DNA from: Octopus sinensis
Taxonomy: Eukaryota
Assembly: GCF_006345805.1 (NCBI RefSeq)
Contig: NC_043002.1
Location: 58,652,001-58,716,000, forward strand
Reading direction: 5' to 3'
DNA: 64,000 nt
The notes beneath the pieces were generated by a model. It ran no database searches. It was not told the origin of the DNA and saw nothing but the letters and a program-made list of their open reading frames with translations. Every line of letters starts with the position of its first letter. The first letter of the stretch is position 1. The position numbers and the translations under genes were made by a program. Positions 41,990 through 55,532 of the stretch are shown one piece after another.

Positions 41990-42205
41990 TATAAATATAT
42001 ATAATGCGCTTCGTGTACACAGTTCTCAGGTGCCCTTCAACTTTTCAGAAAACATTATCAAAACTGCATGAACAGTGCAGAGAATGTGCACAGGAAGTGA
42101 ACAGGGTAAAAGTTTTAAAAGCAAAAAAAGGATGAAGAAACAGGGGTGATTGGGCATCAGGTGTACTGTTGACAAGTTTCAAAAAGCATGGAAGTTTTGA
42201 CGGAT
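41990..42205 (-). mobile_element. 3' UTR fragment of the same LINE family as 57990-60090
   Basis: The reverse complement matches 59870-60060 (caaaacttccatgctt...cacctgatg...ttcctgtgcacat...gttcatgcagttttg). Confidence 0.75.
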
Positions 42206-42375
42206 ATATAATCACAACTGTCCAACGAACAAGAACATGAAACTCTGAGTTGCAGTCTTTTGTGATATTTTTGTGATGTTTTTGCAGTTTTGATAATAAA
42301 GCATATAACTCTACCTCCAGTATTCGAGTACAATTTTTTCCCACCTTGTTTCACACTTACTTGCTTACTCTGTTA

Positions 42376-42441
<66 letters not shown>

Positions 42442-42868
42442 GTTTCCTCACAGTTTCTGTCAACAAAGTTCACAAGGCATTGATTGGTTGGCCAGGGGTT
42501 ATAGTAGAAGGCTCTTACCCAATATGTCATGCAAGTGGGACTGAACCTAGAATCCTGTACTTGCAAAATAAACCTCTTAATCACACAGCTATGACTTTGC
42601 CTTATTTATCTATTGGCAAAAGTGTCTCTATATTACTATGTTTGCAACAACAGATTATGATTTTGCAAAAAATAAATAAATGAATAAATAAGAAGGGAAA
42701 AGGGAATAAAAATGAAAATAAAATAAAACAGCCTTTCAAATTTTTAAACTCCTTCCTCTAATATTTTAGTTTTAACTTTTTTGAAATTCTTTTGGGGAAA
42801 TACCATTTTTAAAAACATGGATTACAATTTTGAATATTATTCCATTACTTTTTTCAAAATTCTAATGT

Positions 42869-43362
42869 TAATTGTCTGTGATAATTTTCCACATTCAATT
42901 TGTCACTCTAAACCAGAAGCATGCTGTCTTGTAGACACAAACACAATGGAACGAGTCAACAAAACAAATTCATTGATCCTCAAATGGACAAATGACAACA
43001 TCCATCCCCACCCCAGTCATTTTTTTTTTTTTGCATCTTTATCTCTCTCCCTCTTTATTAAACTGTTTCAAATATTAATAAAAAGTCAGCAATTTTAGGA
43101 GAAAAGGTAAGTTGATTACATTGACCGACCGCCCCCTAAAAAAAACCCAATTCAACTGGTACTTATTTTATCAACCCCACAAAGGATGAAAGGCAAAGGT
43201 GTGTGGTGGAACTTGAACTCAGAATATTATTTGTAAGAAATACTGCTAGTCATTTTTGTCTGACACTAATAGTTCTGCCAGTTTAGCTGCCTTCGACATT
43301 TTTATTAATGAGAAAATAAAATGAAGTTTGCATCCTTTTAATTTTTATTTCTCCTCCAAAAT
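42869..43362 (+). repeat. about 490-bp direct duplication, copy 1 (copy 2 at 48640-49125)
   Basis: Colinear unique sequence plus the same embedded decayed SINE in both copies. Confidence 0.9.
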
Positions 43363-43639
43363 ATTCAATAAATCTCAAAACCTGGAAACCCTCAATTTTA
43401 CTTAAACATGCACAATCCATCCATCCTTCTAATCAATCCTCACAGCTCTTCTCCTACCCAGGAGAATCACTGGATTAATTTATTTCTCATAGTCTGGTAT
43501 TGATTTCCAACTAGATTTCCTATAGTCTGTTATTGATTTTCTAACCCAGTCAATATAGCAATATATTCAAGTCAATATAGCTCTATATTCATTCATATAA
43601 ACCAAATATCATCTTTTCACATTATTTCACAGTCTTTAA

Positions 43640-45130
43640 GCAGTGAGCTGGCAGAATCGTTAGAATGCTGGACAAACTGGTTAGCAGCATGTCTTCAGTC
43701 TTTATGTTCTGAGATCAAATTCCACTAAAGTTGATTTCGCTTTTTCATCCTTTTGGAGTTGATAAAATAAGGCTCCTATTGAACGCTGGATTTGATGTAA
43801 CTGATTTAGTTCCACCTCTAAAACTGCTGGCCTTAGGCCAAAATTTGAAACCATCATTTCAAGGAAGATATTTTATTAAAAAAATATTGCAACCCTTTTG
43901 TTTACCATATTATGTTGGCATACTCTTCATTTCAATTAATGTTGAAAGATAATGAAAAAATTTAACAAAATAACTTCTTTATTACTAACCTATGTAAGGC
44001 AGCGAGCTGGCAGAATCGTTAGCACACCGGACAAAATGCTTAGCATTATTTCGTCTGCCCTGTGTTCTGAGTTCAAATTCTGCCAATGTCGCCTTATCCT
44101 TTCGTGGTTGATAAAATAAGTACCAGTTATGCATTGGGATCAATGTAATCAACTTAATTCATTTGTCTGTTCTTGTTTGTCCCCTCTATGTTGTTAGGTT
44201 TGCGCTCTATTTGCTTCTCTCTCTTCTTTCTTTTCAACCTTTCTTTTTTTTTTAAAGTTATTTAGTTCTTCTTTTCTTTTATTCCATATCTACCTACATT
44301 GATGTATCATGCCATTGAAGAAAACTGTACTTCATGTGGTTGTCTGACCTGTTTAGAAATAGCAATAAAATCTTCTCTAAACTACATGCTACTGCCTACA
44401 ATAAAGAAGAATTCATTGGAAAGACAAGATGGTCATAACTGGAAGGTATTGGGGTCGATGTATTTGGCTAACCATCTTCCCCCTAGAATTGCTGGCTTTG
44501 TGCCAAAATTTGAAATTGTCTAATGTTATCCCTTCGTCCGTCACCCTGGTGCTGTTACATTTGACTTTGCCTTTCATCCTTTCGGGGTCGATTAAATAAG
44601 TCGATTACATTGACTGGGGTCGATGTAATTGACTTAATCCCTTTGTCTGTCCTTGTTTGTCTCCTCTATGTTTAGACCCTTGTGGGTAATAAAGAAATAA
44701 ATACTTTTAAGGCAGCGAGCTAGCAGAAATGTTAGCATGCCGGGCGAAATGCTTAGTGGTATTTCGTCTGTCTTTATGTTCTGAATTCAAACTCTTCCAA
44801 GGTTGACTTTGCCTTTCATCCTTTCGGGGTTGATTAAATGAGTACCAGTTGCACATTGGGGTCAATGTAATCGACTTAATCCCTTTGTCTGCCCTTGTTT
44901 GTCCCCTCTATGTTTATCCCCCTCCCCAGGCCTTGTGCTTACATTAGAAAAGATTATTGAGTGACAAAGCAGCACATACCATTAAAGTGACACTAGGGCT
45001 CCAAATATACAAAGCCCAATATTGCCAACAAGTTGACTTCATCAGTATTTGAACTCAGAACAAAGCTGAACGAACAGCCATTAAGCATTTGGCCCTGTGT
45101 ACTAATGAGTCAGACCGCTTGCCACCATAG
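43640..45130 (+). mobile_element. cluster of four to five S1 SINE copies, mostly in the same orientation
   Basis: Copies at about 43640, 43995, 44440, 44708 on plus, with a decayed opposite-strand remnant near 45030. Confidence 0.8.
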
Positions 45131-45245
45131 TTTTAGATGAAATATCAATCGATATATCATTCTGGTCAATCTGTTTCACTTTATATCAATTTCTTGCTCT
45201 GATAAGAAATCATCTCATCATTCAAGTACAAAACTCAGAGATTAT

Positions 45246-45246
<1 letters not shown>

Positions 45247-45325
<79 letters not shown>
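45247..45325. repeat. (CT)n microsatellite grading into CT-rich low complexity to about 45620
   Basis: Directly visible. Confidence 0.97.
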
Positions 45326-45329
<4 letters not shown>

Positions 45330-45505
45330 TCCCTCTCTCTCACTTTCTCTCTTTCTCTTTCCCTCTGTTTGTCTCTCTTCCCCTCTCTTTTTCCCTCTTT
45401 CTTCTCTCACCCCTCTCTTCTATCTCTCCCTCTCTCTCTCTTTCCCTCTCTCTTTCTTTCCCCCTCTCTCTCTTCCCCTCTCTTATTCCTCTCTTTCCTC
45501 TCTCT

Positions 45506-46632
45506 CTCCTCTCCTTCACCCCTCTCTTCTATCTCTCCCTCCTTTCTCTCCACTTTCCCTCCCTCATCTCACCCCATCTCTCTCTCTGTCTCTGTCTGTC
45601 TGTCTGTCTCTCTCCCCCTCTCTCTTCTGCTCTATACTTTCTTCAAAATTACAACTTCTCACAATCTCCTCACAAACTGCTCAGATTGTTTGGCCAGGTT
45701 GCTTGATTTCCTGAGTCAGATCCTGTTTACAGTATTCTCTTCACCAAGAGCCTGGCTGAGTCAACAGCTCATGTTGGTTGACCGCACACCACATGGTCAT
45801 GGCAGATGAGGAAGTATTTCATAGAAAGGGTGACTGAGTAGGACTGTTCAGTGGGTTGCCCAGGAGGACCTGGGAATATGCTGACAAATGGTGAATGCAG
45901 CCAGGCACTGCAATGGCACCATGGCACCATGGCCCCACACCTGACCTCACAATCTCTTCACAACCAATGTTTATTAACTCTGTCTCACTTGCTGATTTCC
46001 TCTGCAAAATCTAGATATATACAGCCAGTCTAGGAAATGAGTCATGTATGATGGTATGATTGTTGCAGTTGCGGTGTCATTGGCCATTCTCTGCAGCAAT
46101 GTCTTTATAATCATGTCTGCAAGGCCCAGCTAAACATGCCATTTGTTGTGGGGTACACAGCCCACTACTCGTGCACTACCTGCTGCTGCTTACCCTGCCA
46201 TTTTCCTTTTCTTTGTTTCCTTGATGAGGTAGTTATGGGCATTTTTTCTCTATAATTTGACCGTTTATATGTGGTTAGTAGCTTGCTTACCAACTACATC
46301 GTTCTGGGTTCAGTCCCACTGCATGGCACCTTAGTCAAGTGTCTTCTCCTATAGACTCAGGCCAACCAAAGCTTTGTGAGTGGATTTGGTAGGCGAAAAT
46401 TGAAAAGAAGCCCATCTCCTCTCCCTTACCCCTCTCTTCAATCTCTCCCTCCTTTCTCTCCACTTTCCCTCCCCCATCTCACCCCATTTCTCTCTCTCTC
46501 TCTCTGTCTGTCCGTCTGTCTCTCTCCCTCTCTCTCTTCTGCTCTATACTTTCTTCAAAATTACAACTTCTCACAATCTCCTCACAAACTGCTCAGATTG
46601 TTTGGCCAGGTTGCTTGATTTCCTGAGTCAGA
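45506..46632 (+). repeat. about 215-bp direct repeats (45506-45720 and 46416-46632)
   Basis: Shared CT-rich part plus the unique ctatactttcttcaaaattacaac...cctgagtcaga sequence. Confidence 0.85.
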
Positions 46633-49600
46633 CCACACACACACACATGCTCTCTCTCACTTTATCCCCATTCATCACCCTCCTGTACTATCTTATATCT
46701 CTCCCCACCACTACACACTCAATAACACTATAAAAAGAGTCAAAATTCCTGCAGGAACTTAGTTCAGTTTGACGAATCCACTAGAATGGACGAAAGTGCT
46801 AATATATGATATGTGATGTATAAAAACATGTAACATACAAATAAATATCTGTAAATATAGAACCATCCGAATTTCTGAGTACCTCATCTCTTCTAATATA
46901 AAATACCTGTACATCACCTCCAAACCTTCTAATATATATATATATGTATGTGTGTTTGTCCTCCTAACATCACTTGACAACCAATGCTGGTGTGTTTACA
47001 TCATCATAACTTAGCAGTTCGGCAAAAGAGACCAATAGAATAAATACTAGGCTTACAAAGGATAAGTCCTGGGGTCGATTTGCTCAACTAAAGGCAGTGC
47101 TCTAACATGGCCACAGTCAAATGACTGAAACAAGTAAAAGAATAAAAGAATATGTTGTTAATTTTTAGACTATTTTCAGAATGTTTCTCTTTTAATTCTT
47201 CCATTTATTAAAAATTTTTTTTTTTTTTACTGGTTTCAGCCATTGAATTGTGTCCATGCTGGAGTACCACCTTCAAGTGTATTAATAAATTACAGCAACT
47301 CCACTACTTTGTCTGATACTTATCAAACTTATCGGCCACAAGAGGACGGAAGGCATAAATTAATCAGGCAGGATTAGGACTCAGAACACACAAATCCATA
47401 TTCAGGCACCACAAGGTATAACTGCATTTTCTTGTCCTTCTTCTAGAAATCAGACACCTTCTTATATAGAGAAATCAATATCTATTTATAAAGTTATCCT
47501 CTTATTACAGACCTAACCCATGCAAGCATGGAAAAGGAGATGTTAAAACTATGGTAATAATGATGAAGATGGTGATGATGATGATGATGATGATGATGAG
47601 AACAGGTATTCATTTATTGTTGTGAAAGAACTGCATTTTAAAATAATAACATTTTAATGACAAAAGAAATAAAACTCAATTCATCAGACACTTGTTAACA
47701 ATGTTTTATAAATGCGCAAATATTGTTACGTGGAATGTATTGACAAGTGTCTGTATTATGGTAGGTGATCAACTCAATGTACTTGCAACCGGTTTATAAC
47801 AGGAAAGTGATCCCTTTGTGATAATTTGGCCAGGTTTGCAACTTGGACAGGTGTGTTAATGCGGGTTTTTTTTTTTTTTTTTGCTGTGTAGTATTAATGA
47901 TTGCATATATGGAGTCAACATTGATCATTTGATTGGAAGTCTTATGCAATTAGCCAAATTCTCATAGTAGGCTACTTCATCATCATCTGCTTTCCATGCT
48001 GGCATGGGCTGGTCAGTTTGACAGGATCTGGCAAACTGTAAGGTTGCATTGAACTACAATGCCAGTGGTAGTATGGTTTCTACAGCTGGATGCCCTTCCT
48101 AATGCCAACCACTTTACAGAGTGTACTGGGTGGGTTTTTTTTTTTTTTCATGGCACTGATACTAATGGTAACTCACAAGACAGGAAAAGAACTGGAAAAG
48201 GTAAAAGTCCGTTTGACAAAGTGGGAAGAAGTATTTCAGAGTGGGAGGTGGCATTCTGCCAGGTGTTGAGAAGCTAAAGTATGATGTAAGGACAAGTACA
48301 ACATGTTATGATATTCCAGTTCATTGCCAGCAGCAAGGTATTTATTTCTTTATTGCCCACAAGGGGCTAAACATAGAGGGGACAAACAAGGACAGACAAA
48401 GGGATTAAGTCGATTACATCGACCCCAGTGCATAATTGGTACTTATTTAATCGACCCCGAAAGGATGAAAGGCAAAGTTAACCTTGGCAGAATTTGAACT
48501 CTGAACGTAGCAGCAGACAAAATATCGCTAAGCATTTCGCCCGGTGTGCTACCAATTCTGCCAGCTCACCACCCAGCAAGGTGTTGTGAATATGTTACAT
48601 CTGCATGATTCATACAATAAAATAATAGTCATGATGACATAATTGTCTGTGATAATTTTCAACATTCAAATTGTCACTCTAAATCAGAAGCATACTGTCT
48701 TGTAGACACAAACGCAATGGAACGAGCCAACAAAACAAATTCGTTGATCCTCAAATGGACAAATGACAACATCCGCCCCCATCCCAATCATTTTTTTTTT
48801 TTGCATCTTTATCTCTCTCTCTTTATTAAATGGTTTCAAATATTAACAGAAAGTCAGCAATTTTAGGAGAAAAGGTAGATTGATTACACTGACACCACCC
48901 CACCAAAAAGCAATTCAACTGGTACTTATTTTATCAACCCCACAAAGGATGAAAGGCAAAGCTGTGTGGTGGAGCTTGAACTCAGAATATTATTTGTAAG
49001 AAATACTGCTAGTCATTTTTGTCTGACACTAATAGTTCTGCCAGTTTAGCTGCCTTCAACATTTTTATTAATGAGAAAATAAAATGAAGTTTGCATCCTT
49101 TTAATTTTTATTTCTCCCCCAAAATCAATATCTATTTATAAAGTTATGGTGGCATGAAAAATGCAGCCAGGACACTGTGTAAAGTGGTTGGCATTTGGAA
49201 GGGTACCCAGCTATAGAAACCATGCCAAAGCAAATACTGGAGCATGATGCGGTCCTTGGCCCCATTGGGTCCTGTCAAACTGTTCCAAGTAGGGAACATG
49301 GACATTAAACGATGATGTTGATGATCAATAAGAAAATAGCTTAGATTGCATGGAACATATGTACTATCATCATCATCATTTAATGTCCATTGTCCATGCT
49401 GGCATGGGTTGGGTGGTTTGACCAGGGCTGGCAAACTGGAAGGCTGACACCAGATTCGAGTGTGACTTGGCATTGTTTTCTATAGCTGGATGCCCTTCCT
49501 AGTGCCAACCACTCCCAGAGTGTAATGAGTGCTTTTATGTGCCATTTGTGTGACACCAGTATCTGCCATGACTGTGATTTTGCTTGGCTTGGTGGGTCTT

Positions 49601-51616
49601 CTACTCAAGCACAACATAATGCCAAAGGTTTCAGTCATTGCCTCTTGTGAGGCCCAACGCTTAACAGGAACTCAGCCACTGTGCCTCTGTGAGTCCCAAC
49701 GCTCGAAAGGAACTCAGCCAATGTGCCTCCGTGAGGCTCAATTTTCAAAAAAAAAAAAATCACTTGTTTTTGTTTTCATATTTATAAGTCTGAATGTTTG
49801 TGTGTGTGTGTGTGTGTGTATCCATGTCTCCTTGTCTGAACATCATACACTAATTGCAAACAAATGCCACCATCAGTGTCATTCGTTTGCACTCTTCAGT
49901 GTGACAACATGTCAAGCCATTGTGCTGTTCATGTTTGAACCTTGCTTGGTAACTGGTGAAAGGGCTGGTGACAGGAAAGGCCATTGAAAATCTGACCATT
50001 GCAAGGAAGGAAAAATGAACGTCAAGACAATGAGGATGATGATGATTGGGCTGAGCAGTCAAGAAGCTTGCTTTGCAGCCATGTGGCTTTGGGTTCAGTC
50101 CCACTGTGTGGCACCATGGACAAGTGCCTTCTACTATAGCACCAACACAACCAATGCTTTGAGAATAAATTTGGTAAATGGAAACTGCATGGAAGCTCAT
50201 CATATGTGTGTGTGTGTATACCAGTTGGTGTTGGTTTGTTTACATCCCTATAGCCTAGCAGTTCAGCAAAACAAACCAACATAATAACTACCAGGCTTAG
50301 AAATAAGTACTGAAGTCGATTCTTTTCATGAAACCCTTCAAGACTCCAGCATGGCTGCAGTCCAATGATTGAAATGGATTAAAGATAAAAGGTGAGAGAA
50401 AAAAAACAAAAAAGTGTGTATAGTATCAATATATAATTCATGCATTTAGCTATTGGCAGTCTTTCTCTCTCTCTCTCTCCCCTTCTCTCTCTCACTCTCT
50501 TTGCCATCCCCTTCTCTTTCTCTCTCTCCCTCTATTTCTCCATATATGTGCTTAAGACTTGTTTTCCTTTTATGCTATTTATGTTGCGACACAGCTTTAG
50601 ATATTTCTAGTTTACTAGAAACCATTTGATCGGAAAAGTTGGCAATAATACCTTGGTTGATTTATGTGTTGGTCACATGATTAAGAAAAGAACCAGTTTT
50701 TATTTGTTTTTTTTGGGGGGGGTAGGGTTGTTCACTCTAAATCTTGTTGATTAACTGAGTGATGAATAAAATATAAAATAAAGTTCATTGAGTGAAAATT
50801 GATGGAAGACTTGAACATTTTTCAATCAAGCTAACCGATAAAGGGACAAGTTATTATTACCACATGCACACCATACATGATGCATTAAAAAAAAAACAAC
50901 TGTAAATATGTGATTTGCAGGTGAAAAATGTTAGTCACTAGCTAATGTTATGTTCAAGTTTTTCAATAAGCACAGAAGACAACTTTGGATATGTTTCAGT
51001 TTTATTCTGACCTCATCAGTGAAGCACAACCTTTACCAGTCAAGTGATGAAAGAATTATCATGTAAATGCATGAAATCATACAGTTGTTGGCTTACGAAA
51101 ATAGAATTATTTAGTGTTTATATAATTCAGAGTCAATTTCCATTTCTCTAACTAATCAAAAGAGAAATTATCTCTAAAAAAATCGTTGTTATTGTTGTTG
51201 TTGCCATCATTGTTGTTGTCACTACCTCTGCCACCGCCATTATTGTCATCATCAGTTTTGCATCCACTTTCTCATGCTTGTATGGATCAGACTGAATTCA
51301 TTGAGGCAGGTTTTCTGTGACAGGATGACTTTTCTGTCACCAACCTTCAAGTTTCCAAGCAAGGTAATTGTTCTCCCATGATCAGACTCTGCAGAGTGGT
51401 TGGTGTTAGGAAGGGCATCCAACCACAAAACCCCTTCCAAAACAGACACAGTAGCCCAGGGTAGTTTTTCTACCTGACTGGCTCCTGTCAACCATCCTGC
51501 ATGGGAGATGGACTTTAAATGAAGCTGATGATGATGATGATGATGATGATTGTAAATGAATGACACTGCTTGTGTGTGTGGGTGGGTGTATGTGTGTGTG
51601 TTTCTTTCTTTTCTTT

Positions 51617-52012
51617 CTTTTACTTGTTTCAGTCATTTGACTGCAGCCATGCTGGAGCACCGCCTTTAGTCGAGCAAATCGACCCCGGGACTTATTCTTT
51701 GTAAGCCCAGTACTTATTCTTTCGGTCTCTTTTGCCGAACCGCTAAGTGACGGGGACTTAAACACACCCGCATCGGTTGTCAAGCAATGCTAGGGGGACA
51801 AACACAGACACACAAACACACACACAAATATATATATATACATATATACGACAGGCTTCTTTCAGTTTCCGTCTACCAAATCCACTCACAAGGCATTGGC
51901 CGGCCCGGGGCTATAGCAGAAGACACTTGCCCAAGGTGCCACGCAGTGGGACTGAACCCAGAACCATGTGGTTGGTTAGCAAGCTACTTACCACACAGCC
52001 ACTCCTGCGCCT
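51617..52012 (-). mobile_element. full-length tRNA-derived SINE (family S2; more than 20 partial copies in the window, e.g. 8095, 10063, 27410, 28505, 38745, 50055, 54725, 62020)
   Basis: Head AGGCGCAGGAGTGGCTGTGTGGTAAG...GGGTTCAGTCCC (A/B boxes), GGCACCTTGGGCAAGTGTCTT core, internal microsatellite, tail GAAACAAGTAAAAGA. Confidence 0.9.
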
Positions 52013-53208
52013 TTGTCTTTCTTTATCTTGACATTGTGTGATTCTTGTAAAAGAGTGTCACTGTTATACAAGCAGTGTTGTTCATTTCAAATTTTGGCAC
52101 AAGGCCAACAATTTTGTGGGTGTAGGTAAGTCGATTGCATCAAAGCCGGTGCTCTGTTTGTACTTATCTTCTCAACCCCAAAAGGATGAAAGGCATAGTT
52201 GACCTTGGTAGGATTTGAACTCAAAACATTAAGACAAATGAAATGTCACTAAGCATTTTGCCTGGCATGGTAACAACTGTGCCAGATGACCACCCTGGTC
52301 AAGAGGAAATATTACCTTACTTGAAATTTGATGAGGGTTGGTGACAGGAAAGGTATCTGGCTATCGGGAAGCTGTCTCAAAAAGATTCCATCCAACCCAT
52401 GCAAGCATAGAAAAGTGGACATCAAACTGATGATGATGATGATTACAATGACACCGACAATGATGACGATGATGATGATGGGTGTGGTTTGGAGATAAGA
52501 AGCCCTTGAATTGATACCAACCAATATCAAAATTGGAGTCTATCAGTCTGGGATTAAATTCCCTGTCTAGAGATGTAAGATTTATTTTTGCCTTTTCTAC
52601 AGGAAACATCTATTAATTAACTAATTACCCTCACTATCAATATGTCACAACAAATTAACAATTAGTCCCCCCACCCCACCCCCTACCACACCTTTGAAAT
52701 CCCTACATCTTTCACCAGATGTTTCTTTTTTTTAGTCATTTTGCTTTTGTTTCAGTGATTTATATATCAAAAGAGACTAATCTCTGTAACATAATCCAGC
52801 ATTTGACTTTTTTAAAGCCGCTACCAATAAACATTATACATAGAGCCCCTTGCTAAAGAGATGATAAAAGCATGACACAAAGTGGGGGGTGGGGGGCGGC
52901 AAGTAGATAAGATTGTATTAAAGTTCTGTAGTTTCTGAGATAAAGATGTACAAGTAACTAGGTATCTTTATGGTAGTTATATGAAGAAAACATTATTGAA
53001 ATAATGTGAAAAGAGTTTGAATGAGCTTGCAAGTTAATTTTTTTTTTCTTCTTTACAACAAGCCCTTCATTGTTATCTTTTTATATTTCCTCATCTTTGG
53101 TCTAGCTTCTTCTTGTGTATGTATACTTTATTTCTCATAATTACCTGATTGTTGGGAATAGACAAACATTTAGGTATCCCCTCTGTAGATGTGCGTGTGT
53201 ATGCATAC

Positions 53209-53244
<36 letters not shown>

Positions 53245-53246
<2 letters not shown>

Positions 53247-53522
53247 TCTTTTCCTCAACAGGCCCTGCCGTATTTAACATTGTCCCGAAAGAGATAAAAG
53301 AGGAACAGGATCCCATCAACTTTAAACGGAGTCTGGATAGATTCCTTCAAGGAATACCAGATAAGCCACCCATAATTGGATACAACTCACCCAACAAAAA
53401 CTCACTACTTGAATGGACCATAAACAAAACTTGACTTAAACAGGATTCAAATAATCCTATCAGGTGGTGCTATTAAGTTAGACATGGCCTGGACCAATCA
53501 TTGGTCAAAACATATCTAAGTT

Positions 53523-53525
<3 letters not shown>
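53245..53525 (+). mobile_element. 3' end of a CR1/L2-like LINE
   Basis: GPAVFNIVPKEIKEEQDPINFKRSLDRFLQGIPDKPPIIGYNSPNKNSLLEW, then the tail caggtggtgctattaagttagacatggcc. Confidence 0.75.
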
Positions 53526-53575
<50 letters not shown>

Positions 53576-55404
53576 ATATATATAATATATATATATACAT
53601 GCTTATATATGTATGTATATAGGTATGTATATACGTATGCATTTTTTTTCTCCAGCATCTGTGGGATCTGCAATGGCTTTTAAAGCCAGCAAGCTGACTT
53701 GCATTTTTTGTTGCAGATCTGGCATTCATTTTCATGTGTTGCAATCAGGTGCTTGTTCTGTACAGCACTCTGATTGTGTACTTTCATGTTCCTTGTGAGT
53801 CCAGATTGGCCAGAAAATTCCCTACCACACAGATTGCATAATGGATTAACTGCTAGAAACTGTTTGTTAACAACTTGAGGCCTTTCAACGTGTTTGTGTA
53901 AGTGAGTTGTTGGGCCAGCTCTGGAGAGGCAAACTCACCTGCATTCTAAACACCTTAATGACTCACCTTCAAGTATAACTGCTATCATAACCTCCCTTCT
54001 CATTCTGCACTACAAAAGTGAGTCTCTCTATATGACTCTATATGGCCACTCAGCCTGCTAGAGATAACAGCCAAAGCTTCTTCCCTTGAATATTACCCTA
54101 CAGCCTTAAAAAATGAAAGGCATGCAAAATAATCTAGTTCTATATATATATGAGAGAGAAAAGCAACAAGTGAGAGAGAGACAGACAGACGACAAACAGA
54201 CTGACTGAAAGAGGTGGAATGAGATGGATAGACAGGTAAGTAAATAGATAGAGAAAGAGGAAGTGAGCCATAGATACGCTGTCTGCAATCAATATGAGTT
54301 CTTTTATAACCCTCAAATGTAAATAATGTAAATAATGTGAATAAAGTACATAATTCCTCATCTCTTAAATATAGAACTGTATCATTGTGATGTTGTTAAT
54401 GGATGAGTTGTTCTGATTACTTAACTGCACTCAATTCTGTCTGGCTAGCTGCCAAAATGACACCAAACATATATTCTATCATTGCTACCAAACCATCTTC
54501 TCAGGTACAGTGCATGAATGAAGTCAATCCAATCTAGTGATTGGTTTTCATGCAGTGATGATTGTACTTAGCGGCCCGGGGGGGGGGAGTGTAATATTTT
54601 GATGATAAGGAGGAAACAATACAGTGTGGAATGGTTCAAATCTTTTCTTTAAGATTCTGTCTTTTACTTGTCTCAGTCATTAGTCTGTGGCCATGCTACG
54701 AATGTAACCATTTCGATTATATTTTTGAAATTTTCTTTGTTAGGCACAGGCGTGGCTGTTTAGGTGCAAGTGTAGCTCTGTGGTAAGAGGATTGCTTCCC
54801 AACCACATGGTTCTGGGTTCTGCCCCACTGCATGGCACCTTGGTCAAGTGTCTTCTACTATAGCATCGGGCTGTCAAAAGCTTTGTAAGTGGATTTGGTA
54901 GATGGAAACTGAAAGAAGCCTGACATATGTATATATATGTGTGTGTCATGTGTCTGTTTGTTGCCTCCTCACCACCACCATGTTGGTGTATTTACATACC
55001 TGTAACTTAGCAGTTCAGCAAAAGAGACAGATAGAAAAAGTACCAGGCTTAAAAAAAATAAAAGACCTGGAGCTGATTCGTTCGACTAAAACTTCTTCAA
55101 AGCAGTGCCCCAGCTTGGCCGCAGTCTAATGAGTGAAACAAATAAAAAATAAAAAGAATATAGCAATGTTACTTTTGGTGACATAATAGTATACTGCTGT
55201 TTTTAGTCATAGCTGTCATATTGCTTAACTACTATCATCATATCTATAGCTACTGCAGTAGCTGTTGGTATTTTAGTGACATCATCATTACTACATTATA
55301 AATTTAATGATATTCAGTATTATTGAAAGTAATAGTCAGAGTTAAGCACAACTACAGCTAAAAAAAAAAAAAAGAAGTAATCAATATATATAAATATATA
55401 TATT

Positions 55405-55495
55405 TAGGCATATGGCGTAGTGGTTAAGAACACGGGCTACTAACTCCAAGATTCCAAGTTCGATTCCAGGCAGTGACCTGAACAACAACAACAAC

Positions 55496-55532
<37 letters not shown>

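Noticed and set aside
55410-55475. tRNA genes (also SINE heads at 5580, 16790, 51950)
   Set aside because: Only A/B-box heads of SINEs; no complete cloverleaf with acceptor stem and terminator.
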